A stretch of DNA of 64,000 nucleotides, from the NCBI GenBank assembly GCA_910577275.1, contig CAJTMW010000002.1, positions 70,148-134,147 on the forward strand. The letters are read 5' to 3'. The stretch's first letter is position 1, and the number at the start of each line of letters is the position of its first letter. The position numbers and the translations under genes are program-made. Source of the stretch: an uncultured Lachnospiraceae bacterium (GTDB taxonomy: Bacteria; Bacillota; Clostridia; Lachnospirales; Lachnospiraceae). Under the pieces are notes generated by a model. That model saw nothing but the letters and a program-made list of their open reading frames with translations, searched no databases and was not told the origin of the DNA. Shown here one piece after another: positions 45,968 through 54,474 of the stretch.

Positions 45968-47146
45968 ATGGGGAAAACAGAATTAGGCAATGCAGACAGA
46001 GAATGGCTTGAGGGGGTTTATCAAAAGCTGCTGGTAAAAATGAAAGCGGAATGCGAGAGAGTGGGGACAAAAATTCCTTACTCGCCAAAGGACGGAAGAT
46101 ATTCGGATATGGCGGAGGCCTTTCCCGGAGGCATTGGCTTCTGGACGAACGGATTCTGGCCCGGAATGCTCTGGCAGATGTATTCAGCCACGGAGGATGA
46201 AATTTACAAAGAGACGGCGGAAGGGGTGGAGGAACGTCTGGCCGGTCTTTTGGATACCTTTGAAAGCCTTGACCACGATATCGGATTTTTGTTCCTCCCC
46301 TCGGCAGTTGCAAACTACCGCAAGACGGGGAATAAGGAAGCACGCCGCAGAGGGCTTCACGCGGCAAGCATTCTGGCGGGACGGTTTAATCCGGTGGGGA
46401 AATTTATCCGTGCATGGAACGGAAGCGTCGGGCCTGTGCTGGGCGAGAGGGAATCCAGCGGGGGAATGATAATCGACTGTATGATGAATATTCCCCTTCT
46501 TTACTGGGCGGCAAAGGAAACCGGCGACCCCCGTTTTCACCATGTGGCTGTAAGCCATGCGAAGACGGCGCAGCAGTACATAGTGAGGGAAGACGGAAGC
46601 TGTAACCATATCGTGGTTTTTGACCCTCAGACCGGAGAATTTCTGGATAATCCCGGCGGACAGGGCTTTGAGCAGGGGTCTGCCTGGAGCAGAGGACAGT
46701 CCTGGGCGGTTTACGGATTTTCCTTAAGCTACCGTCATACAGGGGACGAGTCTTTCCTGAACACAGCAAAGAGATGCGCGCACTATTGTATCTCCAACCT
46801 TGCGGTGAACGGCTGGCTTCCCCTTGTGGATTACCGCGCGCCCAAGGAGCCTCTTAAGTATGATTCTACTGCCGGAATGATTACGGCCTGCGGTCTTTTG
46901 GAGCTTGCGGAGCATGTGGGAGAATATGAAAAGAATCTGTATACCACGGCGGCTCTCAATATTTTGAAGGCCTGCGACGCAAAATTCAGTAATTGGAACC
47001 CGGAGGCGGATTCGATTGTGGACGGCGGTACGTTCTTCTACCATGACCCGGAGGGGAAGAATACCGAGGTGCCGATTATCTATGCGGATTACTATTTTAT
47101 AGAAGCGGTTTTACGGCTGCGGGGACAGGACTTGTTTATCTGGTAG
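45968..47146 (+). CDS. GH88 unsaturated glucuronyl hydrolase
   Basis: WTNGFWPGMLW, HDIGF, IRAWN, IIDCMMNIPLL, R.DGS..H, WSRGQSWAVYGF, DSTAG and IYADYYFIEA motifs. Confidence 0.9.
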   Translation: MGKTELGNADREWLEGVYQKLLVKMKAECERVGTKIPYSPKDGRYSDMAEAFPGGIGFWTNGFWPGMLWQMYSATEDEIYKETAEGVEERLAGLLDTFESLDHDIGFLFLPSAVANYRKTGNKEARRRGLHAASILAGRFNPVGKFIRAWNGSVGPVLGERESSGGMIIDCMMNIPLLYWAAKETGDPRFHHVAVSHAKTAQQYIVREDGSCNHIVVFDPQTGEFLDNPGGQGFEQGSAWSRGQSWAVYGFSLSYRHTGDESFLNTAKRCAHYCISNLAVNGWLPLVDYRAPKEPLKYDSTAGMITACGLLELAEHVGEYEKNLYTTAALNILKACDAKFSNWNPEADSIVDGGTFFYHDPEGKNTEVPIIYADYYFIEAVLRLRGQDLFIW

Positions 47147-47177
47147 TTTGGAATAACTGAAGGAAAAGAAATGGAAC

Positions 47178-47223
47178 AGACCTGTATTGCATACCTTTCG
47201 AGGGGGCGATACAGGTCTTTTTT
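47178..47223 (+). terminator. intrinsic terminator after GH88
   Basis: AGACCTGTATTGC...GCGATACAGGTCT followed by a T run. Confidence 0.8.
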
Positions 47224-47236
47224 GGTGGCGTTATTC

Positions 47237-47290
47237 CCGTGAGTATTGAGGCAAGCGGATGCGAATCATTTATTTGACGAATGATGTGAG
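47237..47290. repeat. dispersed repeat family A, inverted copy
   Basis: Reverse complement 44/54 identical to 4870-4923. Confidence 0.7.
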
Positions 47291-47493
47291 GATTTCATTT
47301 GGGTATGAAAACATCAGGCCTGGTCAGAACTTTGGAGGAAAAGATGTACCGGGATAAGTTGATTTAACTTCTTTTGAGAAAACTGCATTATAAAAGCATT
47401 GTTATTAAGCGGATTATCGTGCTATACTGAATATTACCTTATTAAAAAAAGGTTCTGACAGAGTAACAGGTAATATTCAGGGGAAATGTGTAT

Positions 47494-49083
47494 ATGGGAA
47501 GTTATGTGAACCGTGGAAACGGAAGTTTTGAAAGCGCGAGGAAGTCACGCATTTATGTGGATAAAACAGGAATGCTTGCATACACAAATGAAGTGATGGG
47601 TACAGAGCAATGCTATATCTGTAACAGCAGGCCGCGAAGGTTTGGAAAATCTGTGGCGGCAGGGATGCTGGCGGCATACTACGGAAAAGGATGTGATTCC
47701 AGAGCCTTGTTTGAAGATTTGGAAATCGCTGGAGTCCCTTCCTTTGAAGAGCATTTAAATAAATATGATGTGATTCATCTGGATATTGCATATTTACTGG
47801 TACAGCAAAAAAATGCGGTGGATACAGTGGCATTTATGCAGAAGTGTGTGATAGACGAGCTGAAAATCATTTATCCGGGGATTTTAACGGATGAGGAGAG
47901 CAGGCTGCCCATTGCCCTGTCGGCAATTCATCGTGCCATCGGCAGTAAATTTGTAATTATTATAGATGAGTGGGATGCAATATTCCGGGAGGAGAAGTCT
48001 GATGTAGCCGGACAGCAGGCATATATCCGGCTTCTTCGAGGATTGTTTAAAGGCGAACAGTCGAAGGATTTTGTATTGCTGGCATACATTACAGGCATTC
48101 TGCCTGTCAAAAAGTATAAAAGCGAGTCAGCCCTGAATAATTTCCGGGAATTTACCATGGTGAGCCCCAAACAGCTTTCAGAGTATATAGGTTTTACTGA
48201 GCAGGAGGTTAAAGCGCTTTGCCGGGAACATCATATGGATTTTGACGAAACGGCCAGATGGTATGACGGATATTCTTTCCGGCGGGTAAAACACGTTTAC
48301 AATCCGAATTCTGTTGTCAATGCGATGTTGGACGGAGAATATGACAGTTACTGGAGCAATACCGCATCGTATGAGTCCCTGAAAGACTATATCAGCATGA
48401 ATTTTGACGGTCTTCGGGATATGGTGGTGCAGATGCTTGCCGGGGGAAGGTGTACTGTGGACACCAAAAGCTTCCAAAACGACATGACGAGTTTTAAGAA
48501 TAGGGACGATGTACTGACTATGCTCATTCATCTGGGATACCTGGCCTATGATGCGGATACCAGAGAAGCCTATGTTCCTAATGAGGAAGTCCGCGCCGCC
48601 TTTGCACGGGCAGTAGACGATACGGATTGGACGCCGGTAATACAGGCAATCCGCAGTTCTGACAGTCTGCTGAAAGCAACATGGGATAAAGATGCGGATG
48701 CTGTTGCCAGAGGCATAGACAAGGTGCACAGGGAGAATACTTCTATATTGCAGTACAATAATGAGAATGCCTTGAGTTGCGTGATTACACTTGCATATTA
48801 TCATGCGGTTAATGAATATACGCTGATTCGTGAAATGCCGTCGGGGAAAGGATATGCGGATATTGTTTTCCTTCCCAAAAAGCATTCTGCAAAACCGGCG
48901 ATAGTGGTTGAATTGAAGTATGATAAATCTGCGGAGCAAGCGGTTGGACAGATAAAAAAGAAGCAGTATCCGGAAGCGTTAAAAAGCTATCAGGGAAATC
49001 TTCTTCTGGTAGGAGTCAGTTATAGTAAGGAGAGTAAAGAACATTCCTGTGTGATTGAGGAATGGGAGAAAACAGATTCGTGA
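47494..49083 (+). CDS. AAA-ATPase-like protein with C-terminal PD-(D/E)XK nuclease domain
   Basis: YVDKT, SRPRRFGKS, IIDEWD, TGILP, WYDGY and YNP.SV motifs; C-terminal RE..SGKGYADIV...VELK. Confidence 0.9.
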   Translation: MGSYVNRGNGSFESARKSRIYVDKTGMLAYTNEVMGTEQCYICNSRPRRFGKSVAAGMLAAYYGKGCDSRALFEDLEIAGVPSFEEHLNKYDVIHLDIAYLLVQQKNAVDTVAFMQKCVIDELKIIYPGILTDEESRLPIALSAIHRAIGSKFVIIIDEWDAIFREEKSDVAGQQAYIRLLRGLFKGEQSKDFVLLAYITGILPVKKYKSESALNNFREFTMVSPKQLSEYIGFTEQEVKALCREHHMDFDETARWYDGYSFRRVKHVYNPNSVVNAMLDGEYDSYWSNTASYESLKDYISMNFDGLRDMVVQMLAGGRCTVDTKSFQNDMTSFKNRDDVLTMLIHLGYLAYDADTREAYVPNEEVRAAFARAVDDTDWTPVIQAIRSSDSLLKATWDKDADAVARGIDKVHRENTSILQYNNENALSCVITLAYYHAVNEYTLIREMPSGKGYADIVFLPKKHSAKPAIVVELKYDKSAEQAVGQIKKKQYPEALKSYQGNLLLVGVSYSKESKEHSCVIEEWEKTDS

Positions 49084-49216
49084 TGAGAATGAGATAAGGA
49101 GCGGAGAGCAGGGGGCATTGTTTATTCATTTTTCAGGTACAGTTTGCGGAAACTCAAGATAAGCGGCTTGAAAAAGTTGTTGTATTTGATATAATATATA
49201 TGTGGAGGGAAGGTAA

Positions 49217-49459
49217 ATGGATAATGAAATGAAGTTAATGGTTAATACAATCATTGATGAAATGGGCAGGATGGAAGAACGGATAAATAAAAAATTTGAT
49301 AAAATTGACAATCATTTTGACAAATTAGACCAACGATTAGAATCTATGCAACATGAAATTAATGCCTGTAAACTGGAACGTGATTCGGTTGGCTTATTGC
49401 TAAAGAAAATAGATGAGCTTGAAAGCAGAGTGGAAGAATTAGAGAAAAGAACGGCGTAA
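49217..49459 (+). CDS. small coiled-coil hypothetical protein
   Basis: 80 aa with heptad pattern (FDKIDNHFDKLDQRL); GGAGGGAAGG RBS; TTGTAT..TGATATAAT promoter-like sequence. Confidence 0.75.
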   Translation: MDNEMKLMVNTIIDEMGRMEERINKKFDKIDNHFDKLDQRLESMQHEINACKLERDSVGLLLKKIDELESRVEELEKRTA

Positions 49460-49514
49460 GGGGGCGGGAAAGTTCACTATTTCGTTATCTTGATGGTACA
49501 TAATTTTAAAGCAT

Positions 49515-50054
49515 CTACTTATAAGGAGTAGGTGCTTTCGTTTTGATATAATATAAGTGAACCTGAAATATAGCGGTATCTGGCGGGTAATAAGTAAATA
49601 TCAAAAAACAGATAAAAAGTACACACACTAAAATACATAATAAAAATGTGTAAGATTTCAGTTTGCAGGACAATGTAAGTTTGTAAGACAGCCAAAAGGC
49701 CAGAACAGTACTTAAAATAAATGTACTGATATCGAAAACAAAAACATTTTTTCCAAGAATAGAGGTGTAAGTATAGTAAAAGAATGGAATCAAAAATACC
49801 CCTGCTAAAATGCCAAAGCATAAAGCAGAAGTGATGCATGAATATTTATTTCTGAATTTTAGAATCAATATTAGCGAGTACATTATCATTGGGAAAAATA
49901 ATAACTTCATATGTTCCCATACGGATTCATTGACAGGCGTGAAAAGACCTGCTATATGATTTTTATCAGTCCAATCATATAGAAAATGCGCAAGTGTTCC
50001 TGTGACCAGAACAGAAAGTATTCCAATTATTGTATATCGTTTTAAATCTTTCAT
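49515..50054 (-). CDS. membrane protein (DUF6512-like)
   Basis: GTLAHFLYDW, PVNESVWEHMKLLFFP and FYYTYT motifs; 5 TM segments; very AT-rich. Confidence 0.75.
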   Translation of the reverse strand: MKDLKRYTIIGILSVLVTGTLAHFLYDWTDKNHIAGLFTPVNESVWEHMKLLFFPMIMYSLILILKFRNKYSCITSALCFGILAGVFLIPFFYYTYTSILGKNVFVFDISTFILSTVLAFWLSYKLTLSCKLKSYTFLLCILVCVLFICFLIFTYYPPDTAIFQVHLYYIKTKAPTPYK

Positions 50055-50254
50055 AGAAAAAACCTCATTAATAGTATATGTAATTGTAAGCTTATTATGA
50101 GTTCTTAGAAAAATAGCACAGTAAAAACACCCTTTTCCTGAACGGAATATAAAAAGAATTAACAATGTATACTGATTGTAGTAAAATAGAGAAAAAGAGT
50201 TATGCCGATGGTGAATACAGCAAAATGAGACAGAGCTTCACGGGATGGAAAACA

Positions 50255-51850
50255 ATGAAAAAAGGTATTTTACTTTTTCTGATTATGGTCCTGCTTTGTT
50301 TTTGCACGTCAGGGTGCAAGACAGCAGACGAGGCGCAGAGCGATGAGACAGAAATTGTGCAAAAACAGGTTGAGACAGCGCCGGAAAATAAAGAGAAGGC
50401 AGAGCCGACACCTGAGGAAGCCCTGACGGAAGAAAAATTTTATGATTATGAGATAAGGACCGGCGAGAAGGGGGAGCAATACGCCCTGCTCAAAGGAATC
50501 AGGGAAGAACACCGGGCGGATTTTGAGGAAGGGTTAAAACAGCTGGGAAACGAAAGATGGAAAATCACGTTTCCCGAACGGCTTGAGGGAGCTGTTGTGA
50601 CAGGTTTTTGCGACTGTGCGTTCCAAAACATACCTTTGGGCGATTGCAGTCAATCTCTGGAACTATCCGCGGATATTACCTACATAGGGGAACGATGCTT
50701 TGAAAATTGCGGTCTTATGGACGTGACGTTTGAAAAAGGAGCGAAAAGAACAGGGAATCCGGCAGAGGCACTTATCATAGGAGACGGCGCTTTTGCGGGC
50801 AACCCGGAATTGTGGGGGCTTTATTTCCATGACAGGGAAGTTACGTTAGGCAGGGATGTGTTTGCCGGTTGTGCAGAGAAAGTATATCTTTGTTATCGGA
50901 AAGGGGAAAAAGAGCGGGCGGATTATTTCAGGGAATATGGCGGTGGCGGGGAAGGCGCGGCGGAAAGCAGTATGTATGCAGAGGAAAGCAGTATATATGC
51001 GTCGGAAAGCCATGTGTATGCAGTGGAAATTCCGGCCTGTTACAGTGAGACCCCGATTGTGGATTATCCGCAGACGCCTTACCTGTTAAAGCCGGATGTG
51101 AGGAACTTTTTTTACGGGGAAAACGGGGAATCCGTGGATGAGGACAAATTCTGTACGCTGGAATATGATGATAAGGCGCCGGACTACGGTTTTCCGGAAT
51201 GGCATGCGCCCTGCGGTGAGTTCTGTGCAATGGCGGACGGGGGATGTGAGATTACGGCTTCCTCGGAATTGAAATTTTCGGGTGATGAAGAGTCCGGGGA
51301 AATGTCTTATCCCGGGAGGCGGTATGAGCCGGGACATTTAAACAGCTTTTACGGGCGGGAGTATGCATGGGCGGAAGGCGCGGCGGGTAACGGCATCGGG
51401 GAGAGTATCGGTATTACCAGCAGCTGCAGCTACCGGTATCAGCGGGAATGGTATGAGGAGGGCGATGTGCACTTTCTGGAGGGGTATGTTTCGGATGAGT
51501 TTTCCCCGGACCGGTATGCGCAGGATACCCCGGATATCTACGACGGTTATATGCGCTACACGGAAATCTGTGTGGTTAACGGTTATGCCAAAAACCAGAA
51601 GACGTGGGAGGAAAACGGGCGGGTAAAGCGGCTTCTTATGTATGTGGAGGATGAGCCCTTTGCTTATCTGGAACTGGAAGATACCATAAAACCCCAGTAT
51701 TTTACTTTGCCTGTGGATGCGGTGAAGGCGGCGGACGGGGTGGAGATTCATTTCCGGTTTGTGATTGAGGATGTTTATCCGGGAACGAAGTATGAGGATA
51801 CCTGCCTTACCGGTCTGGTGGTAGAATATATGGGGAGGAGGGGACATTGA
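50255..51850 (+). CDS. lipoprotein with BspA/LRR_5-like repeats and a C-terminal beta-sandwich (NADase-type glycan-binding-like) domain
   Basis: Lipobox TSGC; IGERCFENC and IGDGAFAGN LRR-like motifs; AWAEG..G.GIGE, NGYAK....W.EN.RVK and VYPG.KY.DTCLT C-terminal motifs. Confidence 0.7.
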   Translation: MKKGILLFLIMVLLCFCTSGCKTADEAQSDETEIVQKQVETAPENKEKAEPTPEEALTEEKFYDYEIRTGEKGEQYALLKGIREEHRADFEEGLKQLGNERWKITFPERLEGAVVTGFCDCAFQNIPLGDCSQSLELSADITYIGERCFENCGLMDVTFEKGAKRTGNPAEALIIGDGAFAGNPELWGLYFHDREVTLGRDVFAGCAEKVYLCYRKGEKERADYFREYGGGGEGAAESSMYAEESSIYASESHVYAVEIPACYSETPIVDYPQTPYLLKPDVRNFFYGENGESVDEDKFCTLEYDDKAPDYGFPEWHAPCGEFCAMADGGCEITASSELKFSGDEESGEMSYPGRRYEPGHLNSFYGREYAWAEGAAGNGIGESIGITSSCSYRYQREWYEEGDVHFLEGYVSDEFSPDRYAQDTPDIYDGYMRYTEICVVNGYAKNQKTWEENGRVKRLLMYVEDEPFAYLELEDTIKPQYFTLPVDAVKAADGVEIHFRFVIEDVYPGTKYEDTCLTGLVVEYMGRRGH

Positions 51851-51905
51851 CAACGGAATTTAGTTTGTGAAATATACCATATTTTTATATTTTTAATAAT
51901 TCTAA

Positions 51906-51950
51906 AATTTTCAGAAAAATCTTGACAAAAAATTAACAATATGCTACTAT
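51906..51950 (+). promoter_or_regulatory. sigmaA promoter with CodY-like and Rex-like boxes
   Basis: AATTTTCAGAAAAAT (51906-20, 14/15 to the CodY consensus); TTGACA-N17-TACTAT with extended TG; TTGACAA-AAAA-TTAACAA (51922-39) overlapping -35. Confidence 0.6.
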
Positions 51951-51960
51951 AACATCAACA

Positions 51961-52089
51961 GATAAAAGGGAGTAGCTGATACCGCAAGGTATATTCGAGT
52001 CGTCAGGACGATGTAAACATCCGATTTCGAGTCAGAAAACTGTAGCAAGACTTTTATCGTGGCAGGTTAGCCGCGGTAGAGGTCTTTTT
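51961..52089 (+). ncRNA. yybP-ykoY (Mn2+-sensing) riboswitch with intrinsic terminator
   Basis: P1 GATAAAAG/CTTTTATC; conserved GGGAGTAGC, CGTCA-GGACG and GCAAGAC segments. Terminator AAGACTTTTATCGTGGC/GCCGCGGTAGAGGTCTT + T run uses the 3' strand of P1 (ON switch). Confidence 0.8.
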
Positions 52090-52218
52090 ATATTCGCGGG
52101 GCGTACAGAGAAAGATGTTGCCTGTGCAACGCGCGCGGCGGGCAGTAGAGAAAAACCGATACCATGGCGCCTGCGGAACTGAAAAACTAAAGCAGAACTT
52201 AAAACAGGAGGACAAGAC

Positions 52219-53325
52219 ATGTTTAAGAAAAAGCAAAACAACAATGCATACGAGCAGCAAAGTCAAAAGGCGCGCTCTAAAGTGAGGAATTTTAAACCGG
52301 GAAAAATCGTGGGGATTTTTATCGGAATTATTGCGGCGGCGTATCTTCTGGTCGGGAGCATTTATTCCCTTAAGGAAAATGAATACGCAGTAATCACCAC
52401 CTTTGGCGTACCCAGTGTGGTGGAGGAATCCGGCATTCACTTAAAGCTGCCTTATATTCAGCGGATGGCAAAGGTGCCGAAAACCATCAACGGTTTTCCC
52501 ATCGGATTTAACGCGGATTCCGACGAGTATAACGACAGGGAATCGTTCATGATTACCAGAGACTATAATTTTGTAAACGTGGATTTCTATGTGGAGTACC
52601 GGGTGACAGACCCTACCAGATATCTGTACGCATCGGAAAATCCGGTTGAGATTTTGAAGAACCTGACCCAGAGCTATATCAGGGACACCATCGGCCTTTA
52701 TGATGTGGACAGCGTGATTACCACCGGCAAAAACGAGATACAGGCGTCCATCAAGGAAAAGATTGTGGGAAGGCTGGAGGAGGAGGATATCGGAATCCAG
52801 CTGGTGAACATTACCATTCAGGACGCGGAGCCGCCCACCCAGGAGGTCATCAACGCTTTCAAGAACGTGGAAAACGCCAAGCAGGGAAAAGAGACTTCCA
52901 TCAACAGGGCAAACCAGAAGCGGAACGAGGATATTCCCGCTGCAAGGGCTCTGGCGGACGAAACCTTAAAAACCGCTCAGGCACAGGCCGAGGAGCGGGT
53001 GAACGAGGCAAAGGGGCAGGTGGCAAGGTTAAATGAGCTTTACGCGGAATACCAGAAGTACCCCTTAATCACCAAGCAGAGAATGTTTTATGAAACCATG
53101 GAGGAGATTTTGCCCGACATGAAGGTGATTATCGAAAGAAGCGACGGCAGCACCCAGACCATGCTTCCGCTGGAATCCTTTACAGGTTCTTCGGCGGGGA
53201 GCTTTGGCAGCGCAGCCTCAGGGAGCAGCTTCTCAGGAAGCCAACAGAATAACGGAAACAATGCCGGCAGCAGTACAGACGGAAATACCCCGGCGGAAAA
53301 TGAAGCCGGCGATGACGAAGAATAA
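52219..53325 (+). CDS. hflK: FtsH protease modulator HflK (SPFH domain)
   Basis: Single TM; E.AVITTFG, MITRDYNFVNV, IQDAEPP.EV..AF..V..A, IPAAR, A.GQVAR and YP.ITKQRMFYETMEE motifs. Confidence 0.88.
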   Translation: MFKKKQNNNAYEQQSQKARSKVRNFKPGKIVGIFIGIIAAAYLLVGSIYSLKENEYAVITTFGVPSVVEESGIHLKLPYIQRMAKVPKTINGFPIGFNADSDEYNDRESFMITRDYNFVNVDFYVEYRVTDPTRYLYASENPVEILKNLTQSYIRDTIGLYDVDSVITTGKNEIQASIKEKIVGRLEEEDIGIQLVNITIQDAEPPTQEVINAFKNVENAKQGKETSINRANQKRNEDIPAARALADETLKTAQAQAEERVNEAKGQVARLNELYAEYQKYPLITKQRMFYETMEEILPDMKVIIERSDGSTQTMLPLESFTGSSAGSFGSAASGSSFSGSQQNNGNNAGSSTDGNTPAENEAGDDEE

Positions 53326-53340
53326 CGGACGCGCCGGGAA

Positions 53341-53416
53341 GCAAATGCGGAACATCAGGAGAAAACAGCATCTGCGCGGCAGATGCGGAACATCAAGAGA
53401 AAACAGCATCTGCCGC
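53341..53416 (+). repeat. 38-bp tandem repeat x2 in the hflK-hflC spacer
   Basis: GCA(A/G)ATGCGGAACATCA(G/A)GAGAAAACAGCATCTG at 53341 and 53379. Confidence 0.85.
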
Positions 53417-53516
53417 GCAGGCGCACGGAACAAAGAGCAGACGCGAAAGCGGCTGGGAATTGTTCCAGTACAGGTGCGGCGAGGAGCAGGTGCGGAACTA
53501 ATAATAAGGAGAGAAT

Positions 53517-54383
53517 ATGAAGAAAAAATTCAGTTTAACAATAGCAGTCATTTTATTATTGGCGGTTATCGGTCTGGCGGACGCCTGCCTTGTGGTGACC
53601 TACCCCAACGAATATACGATTATCAAGCAGTTCGGAAAGATTGAAAGCATACGGGAGACGCCGGGCTTAAGCGCAAAGCTTCCCTTTATACAGAGGGCGG
53701 AAAAGATTCAAAACGAGGTGCTCTTGTACGACCTTGCGGTCAGCGACGTTATGACCAAGGATAAAAAATCCATGATTGCCGACTGCTTTGTGCTCTGGCG
53801 GATAGAGGACCCTTATAAATACACACAGACCTTAAGCGCCCAGAAAAGCAATGCGGAATTTCGAATCGACACCATTGTGTACAACAGCCTGAAAAATGTA
53901 ATCAGCAGCCTGAGCCAGGAGGAGGTTATCAGCGGACGTGACGGGGAGCTGGCGCTTGCCATCAGGGATAACATCGGCGACACCCTGAACCAGTACGGAA
54001 TTGAACTGCTTGCCGTGGAAACAAAGTCCCTTGACCTTCCCGACGAGAACAAAAGCGCGGTTTACGAGCGTATGATTTCCGAGAGAAATAATATTGCCGC
54101 CACCTTCAAGGCGGAAGGCGAGGAAGAAGCCAAGGAAATTTCCAATAACACCACGGCGGAGATTATCGTCATGCAGTCCGAGGCAGACGCGCAGGCGCAG
54201 GAGACCATTGCAAAGGGGGAGGCGGAGTATATGAGGATTTTAAGCGACGCCTACAACGACCCGGAAAAGGCGGATTTCTACCTGTTCCTCCGGGCGCTGG
54301 ACGCGGCGAAAAAGACCATGACCGGCGACAATAAGACGCTGATTATCGACGAAACGTCGCCTATTGCGCAGATTTTCTATTAA
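53517..54383 (+). CDS. hflC: FtsH protease modulator HflC (SPFH domain)
   Basis: QFGKI, PGL..KLPFIQ, TKDKK, WRIEDP, VYERMISER, AEG.EEA and FY.F.R.L motifs. Confidence 0.9.
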   Translation: MKKKFSLTIAVILLLAVIGLADACLVVTYPNEYTIIKQFGKIESIRETPGLSAKLPFIQRAEKIQNEVLLYDLAVSDVMTKDKKSMIADCFVLWRIEDPYKYTQTLSAQKSNAEFRIDTIVYNSLKNVISSLSQEEVISGRDGELALAIRDNIGDTLNQYGIELLAVETKSLDLPDENKSAVYERMISERNNIAATFKAEGEEEAKEISNNTTAEIIVMQSEADAQAQETIAKGEAEYMRILSDAYNDPEKADFYLFLRALDAAKKTMTGDNKTLIIDETSPIAQIFY

Positions 54384-54474
54384 ACGGATTCCGGCGGCGC
54401 CGGGGCGGCTGTCAAACTGACGGATGCCGCGGAGCTGCTGACCGCGGGCGGTGAAAAAAGAGGAAAATATAAAT

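Noticed and set aside
53204..53644. 146-aa ORF bridging hflK and hflC
   Set aside because: Overlaps both genes out of frame and derives from the low-complexity tail and the 38-bp repeats.
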